Assembly: GCA_950097015.1 (NCBI GenBank)
Contig: CATNEN010000038.1
Coordinates: 3,968,001-4,032,000 of the forward strand
Source of the DNA: Macrostomum hystrix
Taxonomy: Eukaryota; Animalia; Platyhelminthes
Direction: 5' to 3'
Length of the DNA stretch: 64,000 nt
Both the position numbers and the translations under genes were made by a program. Within the stretch, counting starts at the first letter, position 1, and the number at the start of each line of letters is the position of its first letter. Shown piece by piece: positions 36,501-47,531 of the stretch. The notes under the pieces are model-generated. The model saw only the letters and a list, made by a program, of their open reading frames with translations. It did no database searches and was not told where the DNA came from.

Positions 36501-38866
36501 CAATTGCTCATGTGACTCAGGTTACTTGTACAAGAGCGGAGTTGGGTGCGAAGACATTGATGAGTGCGCATCGAACAGTACAAACACCTGCAAGGGCGGC
36601 TCAAAGTGCGTAAATACCGCGGGCTCCTTCAACTGCTCCTGCGCCAAGGGCTATCGATACTCCAGCGAATCCTGCGTGGATATCGACGAATGTGCTGAGA
36701 ATAGTAAATTGTGCGACGCGTCGGCAATGTGCGTGAATCAAAAGCCTGGCTATAAGTGCCAGTGTAAGCTTGGCGACAACTGGATGTACAAGGCAGGCGA
36801 AGGCTGCGTCCCAGACGAAAGCAAGGGAATGACAGAGCGCAAGGTTGACTTCTTCTTTTTAATCGACGTCTCGGACAAGCTGAAGGATTCAATTAGGGAC
36901 ATTCAGGGCTTCATCAACGGTCTGCTGCAACAGTTTAACACAAAGGAGGTGGCAGGTCTCAGCGCCCGCGTCACCGTGGTCCTCATGGGAAAGAAGGGCG
37001 AAGCTAGTGTGGCCCTCAGCCAGTCCCCTCTTGTGGGAATCGCAGAGAAAGTCAACGCGCTCACACCCCTGGGCGGTGATACAAATCTGCTCCAGGGCAT
37101 GAAGATGGTCGCTGAGGAGAGAAAGAAGGCAAGGCGAGACAGCACAGTGGTTGTCTTCCTTATTACCGCCTCCAGCATTCAGGCAGGTGATGGAAGTTTG
37201 ACTGAGATCAGGCGATATTCTGATGACTTCAAGTCAACAGGCAAGTTCTTTACGGTGCAAATCAGCCCGAGCGGTAACCCGGCGGAATGGTCGACCCTAT
37301 ACACCAGCGCAGAGATCAGCCTCTTTGTGACCGTCATCAGATCATCCGAGATGCTGACAATCTACAAGCTTTTCTATCTGCGAGTTTATCCTCTAATCAC
37401 GTGCCCAGCCGGCTTCGTAAAGAATGACGGCCTCTGCCAGCTGCAGACAGCCACAGTTAAATACTGCAAGACGGACACTGGGGAGCTCAGACCCGTGGGA
37501 ACCACCTGGCAAGAAGAGTGTTCGCAGTTTAAATGCACTGATAGCGGCGTGGAGGTGCTGTTCAGGAAGTGTCTGGGCTACGATGGCCTCTGCTACTCAA
37601 CTGAGGAATACTTCCCCTGCACTCAGGTGACAGGATCGCTTAACTGGAAGTGTCGATGCAGGTGCGTTTATTGTGTGGACGATTGACATAGCATCATGCC
37701 TACATCGACCTAACAAGTATCCTTATAAACCCTAAGTTTTGCCTTCTAAAATCTTATTTCAGGCTCAACTCGGTGACTGACAAAGTGACACGAAAGAGCT
37801 TCCAGTCCCTGTCATACCAGTCCATCGCTGCCGCCAACGAGACCATGATGACAGACAAGGGCATCGCCTGTGTGTTCCCGTTTAAATACCAAAACAAGTG
37901 GCATTACAGCTGCGATCTCTACGAAGGAAGATACTGGTGCTCATTCCATCGCTACCACGAGACAGGCTCCTGGGGCTACTGCAAAATCAAGGCTTCCACA
38001 AACAGGTGTACTGACCCGTTCGATTCGTCAAAGATTTACGTGGAGGGAGATCGGTGGAACCACGGTTGCAACGTCATGGAGTGCACCCACACTGGACTGA
38101 GGAGAATACCAAGTAAGTTTGCTCGGCCATGACGCACTAAAATGTGTTTTGTCACGTAGTTTACTTATCGAGAAGTTACAATTAAGCTTTCCCTTCTCAC
38201 CAACAGAGTGCGAAGCATCGGACAAGACTTGTAAGGACTTGAACACGGACAGCTACTCCTGCCGCATTGGTGACAAGCAGCACTCGAACTGCCTCTGCGT
38301 ACAGGATTCCTCCGGCTGGGGCAAGAACGAAATCGTTAGCGGCGACAAGGCCACTGTCATTACGGGCTCCGGCGGCGCCGTAGTCAGCATGTGTGTTGAC
38401 ATCAGCAGCGGCAAGAAGTACGAACAGGGACAGGAATGGACCACCTCATGCTTCACCTACAAGTGCACAGCTACTGGCGGTCAGCTGCTGCAGGCCAAGT
38501 GCCAGCAGAAGGATGGCACTTGTAGAAACATCGGTGACAAGGGCTTTGACTGCATGATCAGCGACAAGGCTCGGGCCAACTGCGAGTGCAGCAAGGACTC
38601 CTCCGGCAATCCAATGCTTGTCGCCACCTTTGAAGGTAGGAAGATTCAAAATCAGCTGTCTTATTTACTTCTCAACATGCATAGACAAAAATATAGTCGT
38701 TAAATTTTTGTTTTATCGAATCAACATCTCAGGTCGCCTAATCACGGAGGTGTACAAGAAGACCGAGGTGAGCACATCGCTTGCAATGATTGCAAAGAGC
38801 GCCAAAAAGACAATCACCAGTGAGGTGTCTTCTTCGTCGTCTAGCTCGGCTGGCACTTCCAAGTGA
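15528..38866 (+). CDS. Giant secreted Arg/Lys- and Cys-rich multidomain protein (~50 exons, ~5,900 aa est.); adhesive/cohesive extracellular-matrix-like
   Basis: Signal peptide MRLALLLFSAALCIAVFNQGVDA (15528-15610). Consecutive + strand exons, mostly phase 1. Domains: CPxGY repeats, 4 VWA7/hemicentin-type vWA, SUEL lectin, follistatin-N-like modules, (SKGRRGGRR[L/V]R)22, furin-like Cys repeats, ShK, vWD, C8, TIL, vWA, Ca-EGFs, vWA, FN2, VWC-like. Stop at 38866, AATAAA at ~39003. Confidence 0.88.
18068..18840 (+). other. vWA domain 1 (hemicentin/VWA7 type), 3 exons
   Basis: IDMAFVVDVTGSM..FVLVPFGDP..GGGDCPE..VYVFTDAS..QLNFLLSGNLC. Confidence 0.9.
19133..20120 (+). other. vWA domain 2 (hemicentin/VWA7 type)
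   Basis: MDMAFVVDVSGSM..GGGDCPEMS..MYVFTDAS. Confidence 0.9.
21188..22069 (+). repeat. Near-identical internal duplicate of 18011-18893 (vWA domain 3, including both introns)
   Basis: Exons and introns match by eye except for a handful of substitutions. Confidence 0.92.
22630..22887 (+). other. SUEL/rhamnose-binding (Gal_Lectin) domain
   Basis: CEHQTGTLSC..IDIVKGFYGR..C..C..C..C.VSASNSAFGDPCVGTIKYVEVQFKC contains the YGR, DPC and KY-like motifs. Confidence 0.9.
23715..24445 (+). other. vWA domain 4 (hemicentin/VWA7 type)
   Basis: VDMAFVIDTTGSM..PFNDP..GGGDCPEMAM..IYVFTDASAKD. Confidence 0.9.
26714..27436 (+). repeat. Coding 33-bp tandem repeat: ([V/L]RSKG[R/K]RGGRR) x22, protamine-like
   Basis: In-frame within exon ~26527-28068; 22 units counted from the translation. 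Confidence 0.95.
34330..34428 (+). other. ShK-like domain
   Basis: CYDRVYSCRAMARRKRCSSKLVSYLCPVACKKC has the six-Cys ShKT pattern. Confidence 0.8.
34450..37400 (+). other. vWD-C8-TIL-vWA-(EGF-Ca)n-vWA block within a 4.35-kb exon (~33314-37661)
   Basis: GDPHYRTFDG..GICGNCNG (vWD); TIL CGPNAVY..CPRTC..CVCKPGFV; repeated DIDEC..C.N..GSF.C.C; two vWA domains with degenerate MIDAS. Confidence 0.92.
37850..37985 (+). other. Fibronectin type II domain
   Basis: GIACVFPFKYQNKWHYSCDLYEGRYWCS..GSWGYC. Confidence 0.85.
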
Positions 38867-39429
38867 TAACTGCCAACTTGCGACTAAACCCCGACTAAAA
38901 ATACTTTTGTTTTACAATCGGTACACGGTTATTTTCTTCATTTCTTTTGTTTTGAAACATATTTCTTTGGCGAGATATTGGAAAACTAAAAAAGGTTGCA
39001 GAAATAAAAACTTTCAAAATAAACGGTTAAGACAAAAAAAACTTTATGTACGACCTACATTAGTACTTTGCAATGAAGATTGTCTTGAAAAAGCAAGCAC
39101 AGAAGCCAAAAACTTGGCAAACTTCATACTAGCCTTTGGCATTAAATACCAAAGACGGAGTTAGAAATATTTTCATTCTTCTACTTGTACGCTTGTACCT
39201 TAGGTAGTTCAGTTTGACACTAGTTATATCACCTAAATAACAATAATGGGGAAAATCATTAGATATCTAGGGAATATCATGATTTCTTGAAGAGATAGCA
39301 TGCGATATCCCGGAGAAAGAATTACATTTCCAGGGGACAAGATAATACTTTGAGAGTAAAGTCCATTTTTCAAGAGGATAGAATGATTCATTGAGGTAAG
39401 TAGCACGAATTGTCGAAGGGAAAGCTGAA

Positions 39430-40450
39430 TTATTGAGGGGTAAGCATGATATATCGAGGGGAAAGCATGAATTATCGATGGAAAAGCAAAAATTATCGAA
39501 GGGGAAGCATAGATTTTCGATGGAAAGCATGAATTATCAAGGCGAAAGCCTGAACTATCAAGAGAAAAGCATGTATTATCGAGGGGGAAGCATCTATTGT
39601 CGATGGAAAGCATGAATTATAGAAAAAAAGCGTTAAATATCGAGGGGAATAATAAGTTATCGTGGGGAAGCATGAATTATTAAAAGAGAAAGTGTGAAAT
39701 ATCGAAAGGAATTATCGAAGGGAAGCATGAATTATCGAAGGGAAGCATGAATTATCGAAGGGAAGCATGAATTATCGAAGGGAAGCATGAATTATCGAAG
39801 GGAAGCGTGAATTCTCGTGGGAAAAGCATGAATGATCCATCTAGGGAAAAGCATTCATTATCGAGTGTTAGCATCAATATTAGTAGAGGAAGCATGAATT
39901 ATCGAGAGAAAACATGATATATCGAAGTAGGAGTAGAATGGAGTTGAATGGAGTAGAATGAGTTATCGAGAAAGGAGCATGAATTGACGAGCGGAAGAAA
40001 CAAGTATCGAGGGGAAGAATAAATTATGATCAAATTTCATCATTCTGTCTCAATGCCAAGGGTATCAAATATTCGAAAAACGATTTCCTATTGCTTTCAA
40101 TAGGAAGCATTGCAAGAATTTCAATTGCAGGCATTGTTTGATTCAAAACTAAATAAAGACTGTCTGTGCATGCGTAGCTGTAAACGTTTTTTATTTTCAA
40201 AATTAAAGAAAAGTGTTTCGAGCATTCCGGGAATCGTTTTTAGATTCAAAGCTAGGAGAATATATCTTATGATATATACTCGTAAAATGAAATATGAGAT
40301 ATTATGATATATTGAGACGGTAGCATTTTTTGAATGGAGTAGCATGATTTTACAGTGGTAGCATGATTAATGAAGGATGCAGCATAAATTATTTACAGGC
40401 AGCATAAGTTATCAAGGAAACAGCAAGTATTAGTAAGGGAACTATCTATC
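39430..40450. repeat. Degenerate ~20-bp satellite (GCATGAATTATCGAAGGGAA) related to the 41520-42910 array
   Basis: Visible periodicity, homogeneous at 39710-39805. Confidence 0.75.
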
Positions 40451-40667
40451 GAGAGTTATGCATAATTATTTATAGTACGTAACTGTATTCTATTTACTTC
40501 TTTTATTAAGCTCTTTTTAAGTACGACTATTACTCTTATATAGTAAAAAATAGAGTTTTTCAAGTGTCTCAGCAAGCGTTGTTCAGTATAAAACAAAGGA
40601 AAGATTTTTCAAGCATAGCTGATAGCGTAGTCAGATTTTGAACTGTAAGATACTATCTAAGAAACGG

Positions 40668-41315
40668 GGGGGTGTTTTACGAACTTGAGTTCAATCTTAA
40701 GATCAAACTTAGGATTGAGTTTAGGATCGACGTGTTCTATGAAGATAAAAGTCGATCTTAGCTGGGATCCAACTTAGGTCTGACCTAAGGGAAGATAAGA
40801 TCGAACTTGCGACTGGTGCGTTTTATCAAGAGAGACTGTCTATGACCAAAACTGTCATGGTCGATCTTAACTTTAGGACACATCTAGAGTTGTCCTAAGT
40901 TTCGAGTCGCTATCTGAACAGCAAGAGTCGATCTTTTATCAGCCATTCGAATGTGATTTGCAATGCAAAATAAACTCAACAAGAAGTACTATAAGCTGTG
41001 ACCGTGTCTCTGGCTAAAATAAGGCATATATAAAACGGCTAAAGTTTGACGCCACTCGGAATTAGTCTATGGTCAACCCTATCTTAAACTTTCTCGTCCA
41101 CAACCAAAGCTCGACCAAGGACTTCTATATAATAGCATCTATATAACTTCTATATAGATGCTATTATATAGAAGTCCTTGGCTCGACCTTAGCTAAGATC
41201 GAGGTTAGAAGTGACTCCTAAGTGTTTGTAAAACGCATTTATGGCTCAGTCTTAAGTTCGAGCCTAAGTTGGAACTTAGGAGTCAGTCTTAAGACGCAGT
41301 TCGTAAAACACCCCC
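40668..41315. mobile_element. MITE with 18-bp perfect TIRs (GGGGGTGTTTTACGAACT), PIF/Harbinger-like
   Basis: 40668-40685 is the exact reverse complement of 41298-41315; many subterminal CTTAAG/CTTAG motifs; TSD unclear, superfamily inferred from GGG-starting TIR. Confidence 0.75.
41116..41180. mobile_element. 65-bp perfect-hairpin mini-transposon with 7-bp TSD (P-element-like), nested in the MITE
   Basis: 30-bp arms CAAGGACTTCTATATAATAGCATCTATATA, loop ACTTC; GCTCGAC directly repeated at 41109-41115 and 41181-41187. Confidence 0.85.
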
Positions 41316-41519
41316 TGGGGGGTTAGCATAAATTATCGAGGGCGTAGCATGAATTTTTGTGGGGTAGTTTGATTCATCAAAGGGGTAGCATGAATTATCG
41401 GGGAAGAGCATGAATTATCAGGGCGTAGCATATATTTACGAGGGGGAGCCTGCGTTATCGTGGGGAAACCATAAATTGAGGGGGTAGCATAGATTATAGA
41501 GGGATTAGCAAGCTTTGTC

Positions 41520-42910
41520 AAGGTATAGCATGATATATCAAAGGGATAGCATGATATATCAAAGGGGTAGCATGATATATCAAAGGGATAGCATGATATA
41601 TCAAAGGGGTAGCATGATATATCAAAGGGATAGCATGATATATCAAAGGGGTAGCATGATATATCAAAGGGATAGCATGATATATCAAAGGGGTAGCATG
41701 ATATATCAAAAGGGATAGCATGATATATCAAAGGGGTAGCATGATATATCAAAGGTATAGCATGATATATCAAAGGGATAGCATGATATATCAAAGGGAT
41801 AGCATGATATATCAAAGGTATAGCATGATATATCAAAGGGATAGCATGATATATCAAAGGGATAGCATGATATATCAAAGGGATAGCATGATATATCAAA
41901 GGGGTAGCATGATATATCAAAGGTATAGCATGATATATCAAAGGGATAGCATGATATATCAAAGGTATAGCATGATATATCAAAGGGATAGCATGATATA
42001 TCAAAGGGGTAGCATGATATATCAAAGGGATAGCATGATATATCAAAGGGGTAGCATGATATATCAAAGGGATAGCATGATATATCAAAGGGATAGCACG
42101 TATATCAAAGGGGTAGCATGATATATCAAAGGGGTAGCATGATATATCAAAGGGATAGCATGATATATCAAAGGGATAGCATGAAATATCAAAAGGGATA
42201 GCATGATATATCAAAGGGGTAGCATGATATATCAAAGGTATAGCATGATATATCAAAGGGGTAGCATGATATATCAAAGGGATAGCATGATATATCAAAG
42301 GGATAGCATGAAATATCAAAAGGGATAGCATGATATATCAAAGGGGTAGCATGATATATCAAAGGTATAGCATGATATATCAAAGGGATAGCATGATATA
42401 TCAAAGGGATAGCATGAAATATCAAAAGGGATAGCATGATATATCAAAGGGGTAGCATGATATATCAAAGGTATAGCATGATATATCAAAGGGGTAGCAT
42501 GATATATCAAAGGGATAGCATGATATATCAAAGGGATAGCATGAAATATCAAAAGGGATAGCATGATATATCAAAGGGGTAGCATGATATATCAAAGGTA
42601 TAGCATGATATATCAAAGGGATAGCATGATATATCAAAGGGATAGCATGAAATATCAAAAGGGATAGCATGATATATCAAAGGGGTAGCATGATATATCA
42701 AAGGTATAGCATGATATATCAAAGGGGTAGCATGATATATCAAAGGGATAGCATGATATATCAAAGGGATAGCATGAAATATCAAAAGGGATAGCATGAT
42801 ATATCAAAGGGGTAGCATGATATATCAAAGGTATAGCATGATATATCAAAGGGATAGCATGATATATCAAAAGGGATAGCATGATATATCAAAGGGGTAG
42901 TATGATTTAT
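41520..42910. repeat. 21-bp satellite (GCATGATATATCAAAGGGATA) with a 233-bp higher-order repeat in the distal half
   Basis: About 65 monomers; marker variant ATGAAATATCAAAA recurs at 42181, 42308, 42414, 42541, 42647, 42774. Confidence 0.97.
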
Positions 42911-43755
42911 CAAGGATATATCAAGAAAAGATGATCATAGTATTGAAGTTGAATATTTTTAATTATTCTTCTTCCCATGGCCGTAAAGCGTGATTGGCTT
43001 CCCCTAAAGGAAGTCTTGGTTGCTAGTACGTACTTCTAAAACTCAGGTAAGTCAGGTAAACGATCGAGTAACTCAGGTAAACCATATACTCATACCTCGT
43101 AGCTAATGAGATAAAACTGGCTTGAAGAAAGTAGTAGCCCGTCCAGAGTTATTTAAGGCGTGTTGGAGCAGTGCTGAGTGACTTGTGACTAATTAGCTAC
43201 CTAGAAGCGTGATTTACGTTGTTATTAACCCAGGCCAATTATCATATTATTTTGTAGAAAGTGGAAGTGGAAGTGGCGCTTCAAAATTTAAATTTCAGCT
43301 CGAATAATTTATGCACTTGTGGAGACGGCGACACCGCACAATGCTGAATTTATTCTGTTGGTTACATGCATGTTAAAAAATATTAATTTGTTTAGAAAAT
43401 TGTCATCCTACAGCTTTTTAATCAACTCAAAACAAAATTGTTTGCAGGGACTGTCTGCCCCTCGCTGTCCTTCTCCGCACGGCAAAAGTTTATTTGGCCT
43501 TCAATTAACTAAAGAGAGACTCCAACATTTCTTATGAATGGGTGGGTAATTACAATTATAAGCTTGGATGACTAGCCATAACAATTTGTGCGAAGCAAGG
43601 TGAGCCTGCGTCGATAAATACACCTGCGAATAGCTTGGACTCGCGTGATTCTCCAGCCAACTGTAAGGAGCCAATTTTCGTAAGGGCATAAAGATACATA
43701 TTTATTTGAAACAACGTCAATGTTACGACATCTGCTGGTGTTTGCCTGCCTTCAG

Positions 43756-45155
43756 ATGGCATCAGCGGCTACGTTATTTATTGACGATGGCAATTTAACA
43801 GCGCCGGGACCCGGAAGCGACCGCGCATTTATGGGTAAGCTAAATTGATTAAGAAAAAGTTGAAACCAATTTTAGGAATCCTTTCAGATAAGACTCTGGA
43901 GCGAAACTAATTACCTAGGATGTCAGTGCAGGAGGATGAGTGGCACAGCGGTTAACGTGTTTGCCTTTCGCACCAAGGTCCCTGAGCTCGATTCCGCTGT
44001 GAGGCCACATTCATTCGGGGCGCAGCTGCCGAGAGCGGGCGTTGGGGCTTGTCGTGCAATTTACGACCTTGAGGGCCAACTGCAAGGCACATTGAGAGTG
44101 TACACTGCCTGGCGATGAGAAAGTCAGGACAGATGTACACACCTGTGTGAGTGTGTACCTGCGTACAGTATCTGTGTGCGTGTGTGCTCAGGCGTCAGCG
44201 AAATGGGCGGAATTGCCTCCGTTAAGTGTCACCAAATGATGTGAAATGATGTGCTAGTGCCCACAGCCCTGCAAATATAAATATAATAATATTTTTAGGA
44301 TGTAAGTGCGGTATAAAGGGCTTTAGCTTACTTTCTATTTCTAGAGATATGTTCAGTAATATCATCAATCTATCAACTGCTGTCATCACAGATGTCGCGT
44401 CGTGCGGCCAACCGTCCATCACGCCGATGGTCACCGCGCAGGCTGCTGGGGTGCCCCGGGTCACCGAGCCTCATAGTTTTCCATGGCTTGTGTCTCTGAT
44501 TCTACCTGAATCAGTTTTCTGCTCAGGTGTCATCATAAGTGCCGACTGGATCATCGCGTCGTCTGCGTGCGTTTACCCGCACTACGGCCAGCCGTCGCTT
44601 TGGACTATGGACGCCGGCGCGCACTTCCGCAATGGTATCGAGAAGGGACTGCAGAGGCGCCGTTTTGCGGAGATCATCTTTCAGCCTAACTCTAGCATTG
44701 TGCTCATGAATATGAACGAGCCGCTCGAATTCACGAATCACGTGTCACCGATCTGCCTGGCTGGACGGGCCACGCCGCAGTTGACCGACTGTTTCACGGT
44801 CGGCTGGTGGAGCATCTCTGCCAGGCCTCGACGAGGAAACGAGCTCTACCAGCACCGGGAGACACTGCTGAGCCGCTCTAAGTGCAAGGAAGCCTATGAA
44901 CATCAGATGTGCGTGCAGTACGGCATGGCCGACCTGAAAAACAGTTTGCCCAGATCTTCCACCCGAAGGGCGAATTGTCGGAAGAACCTCTCAGGTCCGA
45001 TGGTGTGCAGAGCCGGAAGCACCTGGTATCTGAAAGGTGTGCCAGCCGTATTTGACGACACCTGCGACCAGCTGTCTGTCGATCCTGTCGCGATCTTTAA
45101 CGACGTGGCAGCGTTCGACTCCTGGATTCTGGAGAAAACTGACATTTCTCTGTAA
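43756..45155 (+). CDS. Catalytically inactive trypsin-family serine protease homolog (exons ~43756-43834, 44392-45155)
   Basis: SCGQP..PHSFPWLVSL..FCSGVIISADWIIASSAC (His lost)..VSPICL..NLSGPMVC (GDSGGP lost); phase-1 GT-AG intron containing a SINE; start codon uncertain. Confidence 0.8.
43931..44225 (+). mobile_element. tRNA-derived SINE, family A, copy 1
   Basis: A box TGGCACAGCGGT, B-box-like GAGCTCGATTCC; body (..ATGAGAAAGTCAGGACAGATGTACACACCTGTGTGAG..) shared with 51550 and 54930 copies. Confidence 0.8.
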
Positions 45156-46004
45156 ACGTATTGAGAGAAATTATCAAAGCCTGTGTTTTTTAGTTAACTC
45201 AATATATTGGTAAAATTTTAACCTTTTTAGTGATGAAACCAATAAGATCTTCAGTTTCTAGATAAAAACTACAAAACTTACTGCCTTTATTAAAAAGTAC
45301 ATAAAAGCTGTTTCTTGTGATTAGGTCTTTAAAATGTTTACTAGAAGCCATTATAACTACTCGAAATAGTGCCCAGGTTTAGAGAATTTTTTTCTGTTAT
45401 GGTGTCATATTCGCGCATCGAGTAATTCAATGCCCTGGGATACGTTGCCTGTAATCTGTAAGCTATTGTGCTATCATGGTGTAGCGTCAAACATTGGATA
45501 GTTTTGCTCGTCGTATACTTTCTGTCAGTTCCAGTCTTCGAAGAGGTCCAGTTTCAGTCTTCGAAGAGGTCCAGTTTCAGTCTTCGAAGAGGTCCAGTTT
45601 CATGCTTCGAAGATGAGTAGTGCGAATGAGTTATTGGCTAATAAATTTAACTCTTTAGATAAGCCTAGCACAGATTTGGAGTCTGTGTACGTTACATATG
45701 TACATCCTTAGTCCGTAGATGTACATTTTATGGTGAGATGATCGATAAGTTGTTCATATGTAAATAGTTTATTTAGCTGCTCGCCAAAATGAAGAATGAA
45801 GTTCTCAACAGGTAAGTGGAAGTAAATAACTATTGAATATTTCAGTCTAAGTTAATTAGTTTTGCATTCACAAACAGTTAAAACACCTGCCATTTTGCAT
45901 GTCAAGTCTTGAGCTCAACTTTACGTGCAGTTCAACGTGCAGTGTAAAAGCTATATTTGACACAAATTTGAACTTAGTTTTATGTTTTTCTTCTAAGAAA
46001 GAAG

Positions 46005-46823
46005 ATGTTTCTGAAGGTCATCCTGTTGTTCTGGCTCTCGACAGTAGGCCGCTCGTCTGAGCAGCCAGTTTCAGCGGCCAAGATGAACAGGGAAGATTTA
46101 CTCGAGATCGCCGGCGGTAGAGAAGCCGTACCGCACAGATGGCCGTGGGTGATTTCGCTGAGAGACTTCAAAGGACGGCACTACTGCGGCGGCTCCGTCG
46201 TCAGCGACCGTTGGATTGTGACGGCCGCGCACTGCTTCAAGGACGCGCGGGATCCGGCCTTGTGGACGGTAGACGCCGGGCGTCACTGCAGCGAGTGCAA
46301 CGAGCCGACACTGCAGAGCCGAAGCATCGTCAGGATCATCATGCACAGAAGCTACAACTCCAGTTCGTTTGAGAATGATATCGCCATGATGCAGCTGGAT
46401 TCTCCGCTGAATTTCAACACGAATGTGTCAGCGGTTGTGCTTCCCGGCGAACCAGTTTCTGAGTACGCCAAGTGTGCAGTCGTTGGATGGGGTGACCTGC
46501 GAGCTGGTGCACCGAAAAGCGAGCGCCCAGAAAGTCTGCAACAGGCGTATGTGCCTGTGTTGCCCAATGCGATTTGCAGCGACGCGAGGCACTATGGAGC
46601 TCGCATCAAGGACAGCATGCTGTGCGCTGGCTACGAACAGGGCGGCATCGACGCCTGCCAGGGCGACTCCGGTGGGCCGCTCGTGTGCAGCTCAGCAGAG
46701 CACCTCTGGCGGCTGCACGGCATCACCAGCTGGGGCGACGGCTGCGCCAAGCCCAACAAGCCAACGGTGTACACCCGGGTGCAGGCGTTCGCCTCCTGGA
46801 TTCGCCGGATTGCTTCACAGTAA
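46005..46823 (+). CDS. Secreted trypsin-like serine protease (S1A), intact triad
   Basis: Signal peptide; IAGG N-terminus; TAAHC, DIA, DACQGDSGGP (Asp189-type specificity); AATAAA at 46924. Confidence 0.95.
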   Translation: MFLKVILLFWLSTVGRSSEQPVSAAKMNREDLLEIAGGREAVPHRWPWVISLRDFKGRHYCGGSVVSDRWIVTAAHCFKDARDPALWTVDAGRHCSECNEPTLQSRSIVRIIMHRSYNSSSFENDIAMMQLDSPLNFNTNVSAVVLPGEPVSEYAKCAVVGWGDLRAGAPKSERPESLQQAYVPVLPNAICSDARHYGARIKDSMLCAGYEQGGIDACQGDSGGPLVCSSAEHLWRLHGITSWGDGCAKPNKPTVYTRVQAFASWIRRIASQ

Positions 46824-46956
46824 GAGAAGACTCGCCGGGACCGGGATGGGTTTGAACGGCTGGAAGACAATTAGATCCCACAGTTTTTAAGCAGCTTTAT
46901 TTTAACATTAAAGTTTAAGTACGAATAAAGTTGCTACTGCGCTATTGCTATCCTAA

Positions 46957-47531
46957 CAGTAGGACCACCAAGCCATTTTGCCTCTCCCTGATTCCCTCCT
47001 CTGAAAATTTGTTGGCAGCGCCTGAGTGCTAACAGCGTTGGGTGGTGACTGATTGGTTGACAGACTTGACGATGGTGTACTGTGGTTGAGCTGCGCGTAC
47101 TACAAGTATATAAGCTTGATCAGAGAAATTAAAGAAATTCGCGCCAGAGTGTCCAAAGTGGCCAATTTCCACCTGTTGTATGTTCAGCAAATCCGTCTCG
47201 ATAAAGTTCAGTGACCAACGAAGTCGGAGATGATGCAGGCACATTCGGGTGACATGCTGATATATTTTGAAGGCCTGGCAAGGCGCAGTGCTAATTTGTG
47301 TTCAGGGGTGTATGAAGTACGTGTACTAGCACTTATAGGAAAAATCTGACCTTCGACCAGAAAGATTGAATATCTCAACGGTCGGAAGAGCTGGCGACTT
47401 CATTCTTGTTTCAGAAGATGCGCAACAAAAAGTTGGCCCGTGTTTTTGAGTTTCGTGTGCTTGCGTTGCTCCGTTCGGATGCAGCACGAAATATTGTCAT
47501 GGGGAGAAGTCCCCCCTTGGTAGTTCTACTG
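46957..47531. mobile_element. Non-autonomous piggyBac-like MITE
   Basis: TIRs CAGTAGGACCACCAAG / CAGTAGAACTACCAAG (14/16) flanked by CTAA and TTAA. Confidence 0.65.

Noticed and set aside
15528-38866. Assigning the symbol ap1 (Mlig-ap1) to the giant gene
   Set aside because: It shares K/R richness and the vWD-C8-TIL-vWA-EGF block, but I see no C-type lectin, fewer EGFs than I recall, and extra domains; orthology cannot be shown without a search
41333-42882. (PLIYHAI)n ORFs up to 332 aa
   Set aside because: Translation of a 21-bp satellite with frequent frameshifting indels
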